IMG/VR virus record: IMGVR_UViG_3300006127_000002 | Source: an uncultured virus (IMG/VR IMGVR_UViG_3300006127_000002) | Taxonomy: Duplodnaviria; Heunggongvirae; Uroviricota; Caudoviricetes | DNA length: 64,000 bases | Direction: 5' to 3' (one strand) | Shown: positions 27,813 to 37,320 of the stretch, piece after piece | Position numbering within the stretch: position 1 is the stretch's first letter | How the letters are laid out: every line of letters starts with the position of its first letter | Program-made: the position numbers and the translations under genes | Notes under the pieces: generated by a model | Seen by the model: only the letters and a program-made list of their open reading frames with translations | Told to the model about the DNA's origin: nothing | Database searches by the model: none

Positions 27813-28435
27813 TGGGTATAGTTGTAGCCGATAGAGTACAAGAAACCACCACTACTACTGGTACGGGGGCGGTTACTCTTTTGGGCGCAGTTACTGGATA
27901 CCAATCATTTGCCGTAATAGGTAATGGCGGTCAAACCTACTATTGCATTGCCGATCAGGGTGGCTCCAACTGGGAGGTCGGTATAGGCAGTTACTCGACA
28001 ACCGGACCATCTCTTGCACGTACTACGGTTTTAGCTTCATCCAACTCTGGTTCTTTGGTCAACTTTACGACCGGAACCAAAACGGTATTTATTACCTATC
28101 CGGCAGAAAAGAACGTCACGCAAGATAGTATTTATGCACCCGGAACATTCAATGGTGTTTATAGTGGTGATGGTATTGTTGTTGACTACACGACTGGGAA
28201 CGGGCGGGTTAGCGTTGGCGCTGCTGATAACCTGACTTTTTATAACGGTGGCGTAGGTAATACACCGATTATGGAGTTTAACCAGTACGGTGCAATGGGT
28301 GTTGGCTCTGGGTCAAACTTTGGTACGTCCGGGCAGATACTGCAATCAAACGGTACTTCATCTTCGCCTTCATGGGTAAACAACTCTGCTGCGTCGATTG
28401 ACCAAGCGTACTTCCTCTCTTTTATGATGGGCTGA
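27812..28435 (+). CDS. Tail fibre / fibre-attachment protein
   Basis: VADRVQETTTTTGTG..WEVGIG..VFITYPA; GTSGQILQSNG repeat unit. Confidence 0.7.
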   Translation: MGIVVADRVQETTTTTGTGAVTLLGAVTGYQSFAVIGNGGQTYYCIADQGGSNWEVGIGSYSTTGPSLARTTVLASSNSGSLVNFTTGTKTVFITYPAEKNVTQDSIYAPGTFNGVYSGDGIVVDYTTGNGRVSVGAADNLTFYNGGVGNTPIMEFNQYGAMGVGSGSNFGTSGQILQSNGTSSSPSWVNNSAASIDQAYFLSFMMG

Positions 28436-28436
28436 C

Positions 28437-28763
28437 ATGGCAACTTATTCCAACACCTCGTATGCAGCAAAGAACGTAGGGACAAGCGCTTCTACGGTTA
28501 TATCCAGTATCGCATCTGGTACGGTTGCTGTATCCAGCTTAATTATTTCTAACACCTCTTCTTCTCCGATTACAACAAGTGTCTACATTACTCGCTCTGC
28601 CGTTAACTACTATCTCGTTTATCAAGCAACTGTACCGGTGGGTGGATCGCTTGAGGTTATACAGGGCAACCGGGTGGTATTGATAACATCGGATTCGTTA
28701 AGTGTAGTGAATAGTGCAGCAACATCCGGGGATGTAATCATTTCTGCTCTGACGGCGATTTAA
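28437..28763 (+). CDS. Small beta-sandwich virion protein
   Basis: S/T/V-rich; VPVGGSLEVI motif. Confidence 0.65.
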   Translation: MATYSNTSYAAKNVGTSASTVISSIASGTVAVSSLIISNTSSSPITTSVYITRSAVNYYLVYQATVPVGGSLEVIQGNRVVLITSDSLSVVNSAATSGDVIISALTAI

Positions 28764-28764
28764 C

Positions 28765-29202
28765 ATGGCATTCATCGGCAACTCGCAAACAACGCAAAGC
28801 TCAGTAGCTACCGTTAATTATTTTAATGGTGACGGGTCAACTACAGCGTTTACACTGGGGTTTACTCCTCAGTCTGTGGCTCAGGTGCAGGTTTACATCA
28901 ACAACGTGCCACAGAACCCAGCCAGTGCGTTTTCGATTACCGGCACAACAATGACGTTTACATCCGCCCCCCCTACTGGGTCGAGCAATATCGTGGTGTA
29001 TTACGGCGCAGCAACAAATTTGTATCCCGGTGTAAACGCAACGGGAATTATCGGTGGTGACAACACGACTTTGTTTTACCAGAATTCAAATACCATTTCG
29101 ACACCGTATGCTATTCCGGCAAACAAAAACGTAATGACGATTGGTCCCGTAACTGTAGCAGCCACGGTAACTGTATCAAGTGGCATTTGGAAAATTGTGT
29201 AA
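28765..29202 (+). CDS. Fibre-associated protein
   Basis: FNGDGSTTAFTL..VYINNVPQ..FTSAPPTG module, shared with 31601-33064. Confidence 0.7.
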   Translation: MAFIGNSQTTQSSVATVNYFNGDGSTTAFTLGFTPQSVAQVQVYINNVPQNPASAFSITGTTMTFTSAPPTGSSNIVVYYGAATNLYPGVNATGIIGGDNTTLFYQNSNTISTPYAIPANKNVMTIGPVTVAATVTVSSGIWKIV

Positions 29203-29211
29203 GGAACTAAC

Positions 29212-30204
29212 ATGACGATCACTGTCGATCCAGTAAACGGAATTATTGACACCGGCACAGCGGCTTGGGGTATTCCTTCAGGCACAACGGCTCAACGTCC
29301 ATCTAGCCCAGCTAACGGGTATATGCGTTTTAACACCACGTTGTCTCAGTTCGAGATGTATATTTCTGGTGGCTGGGTATCCGTAGCAAACTCTGGTGGC
29401 GGTACTGGCTCATCGTACCTAATAACATACTTGGTTGTTGGTGGCGGTGGTGGTGGCGGTGCAGGTTATAGCTCGTCATGCGCCGGTGGCGGCGGCGGGG
29501 CTGGGGGTCTTCTTTATGGGACTGCAACGGTAACATCAGGAAGTCTTTACCCGGTCACAGTTGGTGCAGGTGGTACTAAAGGCGTGTATATTTCAAACGG
29601 CGCTACTAGCGGCGGTAATTCAGTACTAACAACTTTAGCAACCGGCTTTGGTGGCGGTCAAGGCGGTAGTTCTGCTGTTAGTTCTAACGCAACGGCTGGT
29701 GGATCAGGTGGTGGGGGCAGTGCAGTTCAAGCCGGTGGAGCAGGAACTACAGGTCAAGGGTACGCTGGGGGAAGCTCTAGTAACGCATCAAACCCGGGAT
29801 GGGGTGGTGGCGGCGGCGGGGCTGGGGGTGTTGGCACTAATGGAACTAGCAGTCTTGGCGGCGCTGGCGGTCCCGGTGCTTTTTATGCAATTACCGGTAC
29901 AAATACAGGTTATGCAGGTGGTGGCGGCGGTGGTGGCGGATCAGGTTCTGGTGGAGCTGGTGGTACGGGTGGAGGCGGCGCTGGTTATGGATATTCTGGT
30001 TCTTCTTCTGCGGTGGCAGGAACGACCAATACTGGTGGCGGTGGCGGTGGTGGAGCGCAAGGTGGTAGTGATGGCGCAAATGGAGCTTCTGGTATTGTTG
30101 TTGTTAGCTATTTAGGTTCGCAACGTGGCACTGGTGGAACGATTACATCGTCAGGCGGTTATACCATTCATACATTTACGACAAGCGGTACTTACACGGC
30201 TTAA
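29212..30204 (+). CDS. Glycine-rich fibre/adhesin paralogue 1
   Basis: GTTAQRP N-terminal module; YLVVGGGGGGG poly-Gly repeats; GYTIHTFTTSGTYTA end. Confidence 0.8.
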   Translation: MTITVDPVNGIIDTGTAAWGIPSGTTAQRPSSPANGYMRFNTTLSQFEMYISGGWVSVANSGGGTGSSYLITYLVVGGGGGGGAGYSSSCAGGGGGAGGLLYGTATVTSGSLYPVTVGAGGTKGVYISNGATSGGNSVLTTLATGFGGGQGGSSAVSSNATAGGSGGGGSAVQAGGAGTTGQGYAGGSSSNASNPGWGGGGGGAGGVGTNGTSSLGGAGGPGAFYAITGTNTGYAGGGGGGGGSGSGGAGGTGGGGAGYGYSGSSSAVAGTTNTGGGGGGGAQGGSDGANGASGIVVVSYLGSQRGTGGTITSSGGYTIHTFTTSGTYTA

Positions 30205-30218
30205 TTCAGGAGAAATCA

Positions 30219-30593
30219 ATGAGCCATTATGCAAAAGTAGTAGACGGCAAAGTGACACAAGTGATTGTTGCTGAAGCTGATTTTTTCAAAACCTTCGTAG
30301 ATACCTCACCCGGTGCTTGGATTCAAACGTCCTATAACACCCGTGGTGGCGTTCATTACGGTCAAGACGGTAAGCCCGATGGTGGCGTAGCCCTGCGTGG
30401 TAACTATGCTGGCATCGGTTACACCTACGATGCAGTTAAAGACGTTTTCTTCGCTCCTCAACCATTCCCAAGCTGGACTCTGAGCAATACAACATGGCTC
30501 TGGGAAGCACCTACTCCAATGCCAACGGACGGAAAGCCGTATGTTTGGGATGAGCCAACACGGGCTTGGAAAGAAATCACAGCTCCTGCTTAA
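30219..30593 (+). CDS. Trp/Pro-rich putative fibre partner or chaperone
   Basis: MSHYAKV..WIQTSYN..RGNYAGIGYTYD..PQPFPSW..WEAPTPMP..YVWDE; lies among the Gly-rich genes. Confidence 0.65.
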   Translation: MSHYAKVVDGKVTQVIVAEADFFKTFVDTSPGAWIQTSYNTRGGVHYGQDGKPDGGVALRGNYAGIGYTYDAVKDVFFAPQPFPSWTLSNTTWLWEAPTPMPTDGKPYVWDEPTRAWKEITAPA

Positions 30594-30602
30594 GGAAGCA
30601 TT

Positions 30603-31604
30603 ATGGCAATTAGCACCATCAGCGCCGCAGCACTTGATGCCACTGGGGTGGGTACTGGAGCTATGCTCGTACCATCAGGAACGACTGCACAACGCCCTGC
30701 CTCACCCGTAGTTGGTATGCAGCGGTGGAACACCACACTTGGGCAATTGGAATCGTGGACGGGCGGATCATGGCAACCAATAGCCACTAATACTTATGCA
30801 ACAACGTATTTGATAGTTGCCGGAGGAGGCGGTGGTGGTGCTGGTGTTACTGGCGTTGGTTATGGCGGTGGTGGTGGCGGTGCTGGTGGTTTTCTTAGCG
30901 CTTCTGCGCTTTTGATTGTTGGAACAGCATACACAGTTACAGTCGGGGCAGGCGGTGCTGGAGCAACTGGGGCAAGCAATAGTTTTATTAACGGTACAGC
31001 AGGCTCAAATTCGTTAATTTCAAGTGTAGCAACTGCAATTGGTGGTGGTTACGGTGGTGGTACATCTTCTGGCGGTACTGGTAGTGCAGGCGGAGCTGGT
31101 GGAAGTGGTGGTGGATCAGGTAATAGTAATGGTTCACCATCTGGCGGTGCTGGTACTTCTGGGCAAGGATATGCAGGTGGCGCAGCGACAGGCTCAAACC
31201 AAGCTGCCGGTGGAGGTGGTGCAAGTGCGGTTGGTGCAAATGCAAACGCTACTTATGGTGGTCCGGGCGGTAATGGAAGTTCATCAGCAATAACTGGTAC
31301 TTCAGTAACTTATGCTGGTGGTGGTGGTGGAGCGAGTTATCAAAATGGTTCTATTGGCGGATCAGGTGGAGGCGGTAATGGTGGTGCTAATGGATCAGGA
31401 ACTGCTGGTACAGCCAACACAGGCGGCGGTGGCGGTGGGTCATGGAACGGAGTTGCAGGATTATCAGGCGGATCAGGTGTTGTCATCATTTCCTATGCAA
31501 ACGCTACTCAGCGTGGAACAGGCGGTACAGTTACACAATACACATCTGGCTCGGTAACTTACTGGGTTCACACCTTTACTTCTAGTGGGACGTATACAGC
31601 ATGA
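30603..31604 (+). CDS. Glycine-rich fibre/adhesin paralogue 2
   Basis: Same architecture as 29212-30204. Confidence 0.8.
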   Translation: MAISTISAAALDATGVGTGAMLVPSGTTAQRPASPVVGMQRWNTTLGQLESWTGGSWQPIATNTYATTYLIVAGGGGGGAGVTGVGYGGGGGGAGGFLSASALLIVGTAYTVTVGAGGAGATGASNSFINGTAGSNSLISSVATAIGGGYGGGTSSGGTGSAGGAGGSGGGSGNSNGSPSGGAGTSGQGYAGGAATGSNQAAGGGGASAVGANANATYGGPGGNGSSSAITGTSVTYAGGGGGASYQNGSIGGSGGGGNGGANGSGTAGTANTGGGGGGSWNGVAGLSGGSGVVIISYANATQRGTGGTVTQYTSGSVTYWVHTFTSSGTYTA

Positions 31605-33064
31605 GCTATATTGGAGCTAGTCCTACCCAAACGGCATTCATCACTGATACATTCACAGGTGATGGCACGACTACTGTTTTTACAATGTCTGTGGCCCCTG
31701 CTAATTCGGCAGCAGTTTTGGTTGCGATTAGCGGTGTATTGCAAGCCCCAACAACGTATTCGGTATCAGGCACAACGCTAACCTTCTCGGCTGCGCCTCC
31801 AACAGGCACGGGCAACATCTCGGTTCGGTATTTGGGCATTCCAGCATCCAACATTACAACGACTGCATACCGGACAGTCACAGAATTCACAGCAACCGCA
31901 GGACAAACGACGTTTACACCAGCATCTTATGTAGCGGGGTTTCTTGATGTCTATCGTAATGGAGTTAAGCTTGGGTCTGCTGATTTCACTGCTACTAACG
32001 GTACTACTGTGGTTCTGGCTGTTGGTGCTACCGCTGGCGACCTTATCACAACCGTAGGCTTTTATGTCTCATCCGTACTAAACGCTATCCCTGCTCAGGC
32101 TGGATCGGTAGTCTCTTCTTATCTTGCATCAGGTGCAGCATCACAGGCATTTTTGGATGTAACAGGTGGATCTGGTACAGGGGCTATGCTTCTCCCAGTG
32201 GGAACAACCGCACAACGACCAACAGGACAACGAGGATTAGTGCGTTTAAACAGCACAACAGGCAACCCTGAGTGGTACGACACAACAACGTCTTCTTGGC
32301 TTCAGTTTTCCCAGCCTGCTGGCTACACGGTTAATTATCTTGTTGTGGCTGGAGGTGGTTCAGGTGGTGCATATTATGGCGGTGGTGGTGGAGCAGGTGG
32401 TTTATTAACTTCATCTGCAACTTTGTCATCAGGTACAGCTTACACAATCACAGTCGGTGCTGGTGGTGCTGCTGTATCTACAAACATTAGCGGAAACGCA
32501 GGAAGCAATAGCGTTATATCTACCATTGCAACAGCAGTTGGTGGAGGTTATGGAGCAGGCTCATCTTCGTCTACTGCGGGTGGTTCCGGTGCTTCTGGAG
32601 GCGGTGGTGCTTCAGGTGGGGCAGGCGGAACAGCCACTTCTGGTCAAGGCTACGCAGGAGGTTCTAGTGCTCCGGCGGGGGGCGGTGGTGGTGGCGCAAG
32701 TGCGGTTGGCGCTAACGGTAGCGGTGCTACTACAGGAGGTAATGGCGGAGCAGGTGCATCATCCTCTATTTCTGGAACTGCTGTAACTTATTCCGGTGGT
32801 GGCGGCGGATCAGGTAATACCACAGGAGGAACTGGCGGTTTAGGCGGCGGTGGTGCAGGTTCTGTTGGTAATGGAACAAATGCAACTGCTAACACGGGAG
32901 GAGGCGGTGGTGGTGCGGGTGGTAGCTATGTCAGTGGCGCAGGCGGTTCAGGCATCGTAATCATCAGCTACCTCGGCTCACAGCGTGGTACTGGCGGTAC
33001 GGTTACATCCTCTGGCGGCTACACAATACATACATTCACAAGCAGTGGAACTTACAATGCTTAA
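31601..33064 (+). CDS. Glycine-rich fibre/adhesin paralogue 3 with two extra N-terminal beta modules
   Basis: FTGDGTTTVF and FTATAGQTTF modules, then GTTAQRP, then poly-Gly domain. Confidence 0.8.
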   Translation: MSYIGASPTQTAFITDTFTGDGTTTVFTMSVAPANSAAVLVAISGVLQAPTTYSVSGTTLTFSAAPPTGTGNISVRYLGIPASNITTTAYRTVTEFTATAGQTTFTPASYVAGFLDVYRNGVKLGSADFTATNGTTVVLAVGATAGDLITTVGFYVSSVLNAIPAQAGSVVSSYLASGAASQAFLDVTGGSGTGAMLLPVGTTAQRPTGQRGLVRLNSTTGNPEWYDTTTSSWLQFSQPAGYTVNYLVVAGGGSGGAYYGGGGGAGGLLTSSATLSSGTAYTITVGAGGAAVSTNISGNAGSNSVISTIATAVGGGYGAGSSSSTAGGSGASGGGGASGGAGGTATSGQGYAGGSSAPAGGGGGGASAVGANGSGATTGGNGGAGASSSISGTAVTYSGGGGGSGNTTGGTGGLGGGGAGSVGNGTNATANTGGGGGGAGGSYVSGAGGSGIVIISYLGSQRGTGGTVTSSGGYTIHTFTSSGTYNA

Positions 33065-33073
33065 GGAAATTAA

Positions 33074-34018
33074 ATGACTCAGGCAAATAACGTCGCAGCA
33101 TCTACTCCTCCTAGTTGGACAACAGCTAACCGTCCGGCTTCGCCTGTCGTGGGTCAACAGGGTTGGAATACTACTTTGGGGCAGCTTGAGGTTTATGTTG
33201 GGTCAAGTACTTGGGTCTCTTCCACCAGTTTGATTTATTCAGCTAGCTATCTTATTGTTGGCGGGGGTGGTCCGGGGCAAAGCATAGGCGGCGGTGGTGG
33301 AGCTGGTGGAGTTTTACCGGGTACGTTGGTTTTATCTACAGGTACGACTTACACGGTCACGGTAGGTGCTGGGGCAGCGAGTGGAGCTTCTAGTAATGGG
33401 AGTAACTCAAGCATCACGACATCAAACGCATACAACATAAACTTGATAGCTTATGGCGGTGGTTATTACCAAATTGCCGGTGGGTCAGGTGGCGGCGGTG
33501 GTAGAAAACGTGATGACATGGGTGAACAAATACCCGGTCAAGGAACTACCGGGCAGGGGAACCAAGGTGGCGCAGGAAGTTCATCCGGTGGAACTGATGG
33601 TTTTGGTGTTGGCGGTGGAGGTGGTGGAGCAGGTGCACCCGGTAATTTAGCCATTGGAAGCACTGCTGGTGCTGGTGGAACTGGATTAGCGTCTTCAATC
33701 ACAGGGTCATCTGTTTATTATGGCGGCGGTGGTGGTGGCGGTGGATATGGCGCAACTGCTGGTGCTGGTGGAACAGGTGGAGGCGGTTCGGGTACTGGAA
33801 CGAATAGCGCTGTAGGAACTGCTGGTACTGCTAATACAGGTGGCGGAGGAGGTGGTAGTGGACTGGGTGCAAACGGTGCTGCTGGAGGTTCTGGAGTCGT
33901 TATTCTTTCCGTGCCAACAGCAAACTATTCTGGCATCACCACAGGTTCACCTACAGTTACTACGAGTGGCAGTAATACGATTGTTAAGTTCACCTCATCA
34001 GGCACATACACGGCGTAA
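33074..34018 (+). CDS. Glycine-rich fibre/adhesin paralogue 4
   Basis: WTTANRP module plus poly-Gly domain; KFTSSGTYTA end. Confidence 0.8.
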   Translation: MTQANNVAASTPPSWTTANRPASPVVGQQGWNTTLGQLEVYVGSSTWVSSTSLIYSASYLIVGGGGPGQSIGGGGGAGGVLPGTLVLSTGTTYTVTVGAGAASGASSNGSNSSITTSNAYNINLIAYGGGYYQIAGGSGGGGGRKRDDMGEQIPGQGTTGQGNQGGAGSSSGGTDGFGVGGGGGGAGAPGNLAIGSTAGAGGTGLASSITGSSVYYGGGGGGGGYGATAGAGGTGGGGSGTGTNSAVGTAGTANTGGGGGGSGLGANGAAGGSGVVILSVPTANYSGITTGSPTVTTSGSNTIVKFTSSGTYTA

Positions 34019-34027
34019 GGATTTATT

Positions 34028-34540
34028 ATGGCATTAACAAAAGTCCAATCAGGCATGAATGCAGATGGGTCTGTAGGCACTACACAACTTGCGGATGCTT
34101 CGGTTACTCAGGTAAAACTTGGCGCCGGTGTTGCGGGCAATGGGCCAGCTTTTAGTGCGTATCAAAGCCCGGCACAAACTTTAAGTAGCGGCGTTACTAC
34201 AAAAATTCAATTTCAAACAAAATCATTTGATACCGCAAATTGTTTTGACAATACGACGAACTATAGGTTTACGCCAAACGTAGCTGGTTACTACCAAGTA
34301 AACGCTGTCGTTCAAGTTGCTGCTTCGTTTACTGGCGGGTCGCTTTATTTATATAAAAATGGTTCTGCTTTTGGTTACGGAATGGCTGTAAACGCAGGGG
34401 GCGGTACTTTTATCTTGTCGCAACTTATTCAGATGAACGGAACTACAGACTATATTGAAATTTATGCGAATATTGGAACGGGTCAAGCATTGGTTGCTGG
34501 TGATACCGTGTTTCAAGCATTTTTAGCAAGATCAGCATAA
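34028..34540 (+). CDS. C1q/TNF-like beta-sandwich fibre-tip protein
   Basis: PAFSAY...KIQF...FD...RFTPNVAGYYQV...LYKNG...DYIEIY...FQAF. Confidence 0.75.
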   Translation: MALTKVQSGMNADGSVGTTQLADASVTQVKLGAGVAGNGPAFSAYQSPAQTLSSGVTTKIQFQTKSFDTANCFDNTTNYRFTPNVAGYYQVNAVVQVAASFTGGSLYLYKNGSAFGYGMAVNAGGGTFILSQLIQMNGTTDYIEIYANIGTGQALVAGDTVFQAFLARSA

Positions 34541-35262
34541 TGTCATTCGGCATAACAGCATACGCTCAATCTCCTTACGCTGGTCTCGGCGGGGCGGCTT
34601 ACGGCGTTGCGTTATCTGAAGCGTTTACACTGGCTGATGTTGAGGCAGCGGTTGCGGTTTTTTCCGGCGCATATAACGATGCGTTTACTTTGACGGATAC
34701 AGAGTCGGCTACAGGTTCGTTTGGTACAGCTTTATCTGAGTCATTTACCCTCACAGATGCCGATGTTGGAACGTGGACAACCAGCGCAGCGAATGCAGAA
34801 AGTTTCACTCTGACAACAGCCCAAACAGGTGGCTGGGGAACCAATGCAACGACCTCAGAATCCATCACTTTTGCCGATCTTTTTGCCGCTTTTGCAGGGT
34901 ACTATGGGCTATCTTCTGAAACCATTTCGATACTAGATAACGACTCCGGTAAGTTTGACTATTATGAATTTGTAGTTGAGTCTACATCTTACTCAGACGC
35001 ATTTGATGCACGTATTAGCTACGGAGTCACCACAACAGAAGTCATGTTCTCTATAGATACGGTAACGGTTCAAGGTAACTTTAGTGGCAATACGGCTGAA
35101 TCAATTGCACTTGCAGATAGCAGAACATACAGCGGCTGGTTTAAAATAGACGACAGCCAGAACAATACTTGGGTTCCGGTCAATAATGCCGCATCAACGA
35201 CTTGGAATGATATAGACGACACACAAAACCCCGGCTGGATTCCAGTCAATAATTTACAGTAA
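34540..35262 (+). CDS. Acidic 20-residue-repeat structural protein
   Basis: Nine repeats of approximately xESFTLxD every 20 aa; C-terminal Trp every 11 aa. Confidence 0.7.
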   Translation: MSFGITAYAQSPYAGLGGAAYGVALSEAFTLADVEAAVAVFSGAYNDAFTLTDTESATGSFGTALSESFTLTDADVGTWTTSAANAESFTLTTAQTGGWGTNATTSESITFADLFAAFAGYYGLSSETISILDNDSGKFDYYEFVVESTSYSDAFDARISYGVTTTEVMFSIDTVTVQGNFSGNTAESIALADSRTYSGWFKIDDSQNNTWVPVNNAASTTWNDIDDTQNPGWIPVNNLQ

Positions 35263-35271
35263 GGAATAGCG

Positions 35272-36348
35272 ATGCCAACCTCGTACTCACCCTCTCTCAA
35301 AATTGCCTTGCCGGGCGATGGGGAACAAGCTGGTATCTGGGGCCAGACGACTAACAACAACTTAGGCACATTGCTCGAACAGGCGATTGCCGGACTAACC
35401 ACGGTTGATGTATCTACAGGTAGCGTCACGCTGACATCTTTAAACGGTACGTATGACCAAGCCCGAAGCATGGTGCTATCAATTACGGGTACTCCTTCGG
35501 CGGTTAATAACGTCATCATCCCTAACGAACCAAAGATTTATACGGTACTTAACAATACGGGATATGCGGTAGTAGTTAAAACTGCTTCAGGTACAGGATA
35601 TAGCTGCCCGTCTGTTTCACAAAGCCAAGTTCAGTGTGATGGTGCGGGTACGGGTACAGTTACAGGTATTTCAATCACCGCTGCGGCTAACGCAATTATT
35701 AGCTCACAAAACCCATTTAACTCGCCTGCATTTACAGGAACACCGACTGCACCTACGGCAGCGGTTAATACAAACACCACACAAATTGCAACTACGCAGT
35801 TCGTACAAACTCAAATTAGTTCAATTCCTTCGGCGCAAGGTGTACCTACGGGTGCGGTATTTTACTTTGCAATGGTGACTGCTCCTGCTAACTACTTAGT
35901 ATGCGATGGTAGTGCAGTATCAAGAACGGCGTATTCAAACCTTTTCGCTGCTATCGGTGTAGTATTTGGTGCAGGCGATGGAGTGACTACTTTTAACTTA
36001 CCTGACCTGCGTGGTGAGTTTGTTCGTGGTTACGATGGTGGTAGAGGTGTTGACCCCGGTCGTACATTTGGTAGTACTCAGTCTGGTTCGTTTGCAAGCC
36101 ACACTCACAGCGCATCATCTACAACGTCGGTCAGTATTAATGACCCGGGCCATGCCCACTTTTATGTTGAGCCAACGACTGGTGGTGCTATTCAGTCGGG
36201 TGGTGGGTATTCGTACAGTGGTTCAACTACGGGCGCTGCATCTACGGGTATTAGCGCTGGTGCAAGTACTTCTACTACGGTTAATTCCACAGGCGGAACA
36301 GAAACTCGCCCTGTTAACGTGGCTCTCTTGCCCTGCATTAAGACTTAA
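35272..36348 (+). CDS. Tail fibre with phage tail collar domain
   Basis: PTGAV..CDGSAVSRTAYSNLFAAIG..GDGVTTFNLPDLRGEFVRG; HTH/HAH metal-binding motifs; ETRPVNVAL. Confidence 0.9.
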   Translation: MPTSYSPSLKIALPGDGEQAGIWGQTTNNNLGTLLEQAIAGLTTVDVSTGSVTLTSLNGTYDQARSMVLSITGTPSAVNNVIIPNEPKIYTVLNNTGYAVVVKTASGTGYSCPSVSQSQVQCDGAGTGTVTGISITAAANAIISSQNPFNSPAFTGTPTAPTAAVNTNTTQIATTQFVQTQISSIPSAQGVPTGAVFYFAMVTAPANYLVCDGSAVSRTAYSNLFAAIGVVFGAGDGVTTFNLPDLRGEFVRGYDGGRGVDPGRTFGSTQSGSFASHTHSASSTTSVSINDPGHAHFYVEPTTGGAIQSGGGYSYSGSTTGAASTGISAGASTSTTVNSTGGTETRPVNVALLPCIKT

Positions 36349-36357
36349 AGGATTGTC

Positions 36358-36855
36358 ATGGACTGGTTAATGCAAATAGCTCCGACGATTGCAACGGCTT
36401 TAGGTGGCCCGCTTGCAGGGCTTGCTGTTACTGCCCTATCAAAAGTTTTTGGCGTTCCTGAGAAAGACGTTCAGAACATGATTGAGTCTGGCAAATTATC
36501 AGCAGATCAATTAGCCCAAGTAAAAATTGCAGAGATAGAGTTGCAAAAACAAGCGCAAGCACTTGGTCTGAACTTTGAAACGATAGCAGTAGAAGATCGT
36601 AAGTCTGCCCGTGATATGCAGATATCCACTCATTCAGTTGTGCCACCTATTTTGGCTGGTGCGGTGACGATTGGATTCTTTGGTATTTTGTATTCTTTAA
36701 TGATGGGTTATGCACAAGAGTCTAATCAACTGATGATTATGCTAGGTTCTCTGGGGACAGCATGGACAGGAATTATTGCTTTCTATTTCGGTTCTTCCAG
36801 CGGAAGCCAGCACAAAGACGAGATGCTGTACAACTCAACACCGGTGCAGAAATGA
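36358..36855 (+). CDS. Putative holin
   Basis: APTIATALGGPLAG, DRKSAR, two C-terminal TM helices, FYFGSS; overlaps the endolysin start. Confidence 0.75.
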   Translation: MDWLMQIAPTIATALGGPLAGLAVTALSKVFGVPEKDVQNMIESGKLSADQLAQVKIAEIELQKQAQALGLNFETIAVEDRKSARDMQISTHSVVPPILAGAVTIGFFGILYSLMMGYAQESNQLMIMLGSLGTAWTGIIAFYFGSSSGSQHKDEMLYNSTPVQK

Positions 36856-37310
36856 GTCCAAATTTAAAAGCGTTCTTAGATACAATAGCGTACTCGGAAG
36901 GAACAGATAACGGTATCCAAAAGACGAACGATAGAGGATATGATGTACTCGTCGGGGGTGGGTTATTTGACAGCTATGCAGACCATCCAAGAAAGCTCGT
37001 GGTATTACGCCAAGGATTAGCATCAACTGCCGCTGGACGCTATCAACTGCTTGCACGATACTTTGATACTTATAAGAAGCAACTTGACTTAAAAGATTTT
37101 AGCCCCGAATCACAGGACGCCATAGCCATTCAACAAATTAAAGAGTGCAAAGCCCTAGATGACGTGGAAACTGGGTATATTGGAGTAGCATTAGATAAGT
37201 GCCGCCATATTTGGGCTTCCTTACCCGGTGCGGGCTATGGGCAGCATGAAAATGATTTGCATGTGCTATTGGCTAAGTATAAGCAGTTTGGCGGTTCAAC
37301 GACTGCGTAA
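36852..37310 (+). CDS. Endolysin, lambda R-like lysozyme/transglycosylase
   Basis: AFLDTIAYSEGT..GYDVLVGG..YADHP..STAAGRYQLL..DFSPESQD..WASLPGAGYGQ. Confidence 0.92.
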   Translation: MSPNLKAFLDTIAYSEGTDNGIQKTNDRGYDVLVGGGLFDSYADHPRKLVVLRQGLASTAAGRYQLLARYFDTYKKQLDLKDFSPESQDAIAIQQIKECKALDDVETGYIGVALDKCRHIWASLPGAGYGQHENDLHVLLAKYKQFGGSTTA

Positions 37311-37320
37311 AGGATAAATA

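Noticed and set aside
29648..33650. Val-rich alternative-frame ORFs and His-rich antisense ORFs over the Gly-rich genes
   Set aside because: By-products of GGT/GGC codon runs.
29212..34018. Diversity-generating retroelement (TR/VR pair) among the repeated fibre C-termini
   Set aside because: No reverse transcriptase in the window; differences between copies are mostly synonymous and not adenine-specific.
36358..37320. Spanin (Rz/Rz1) genes beside holin and endolysin
   Set aside because: No room after the endolysin and no lipobox ORF recognised; cannot be supported from the sequence.
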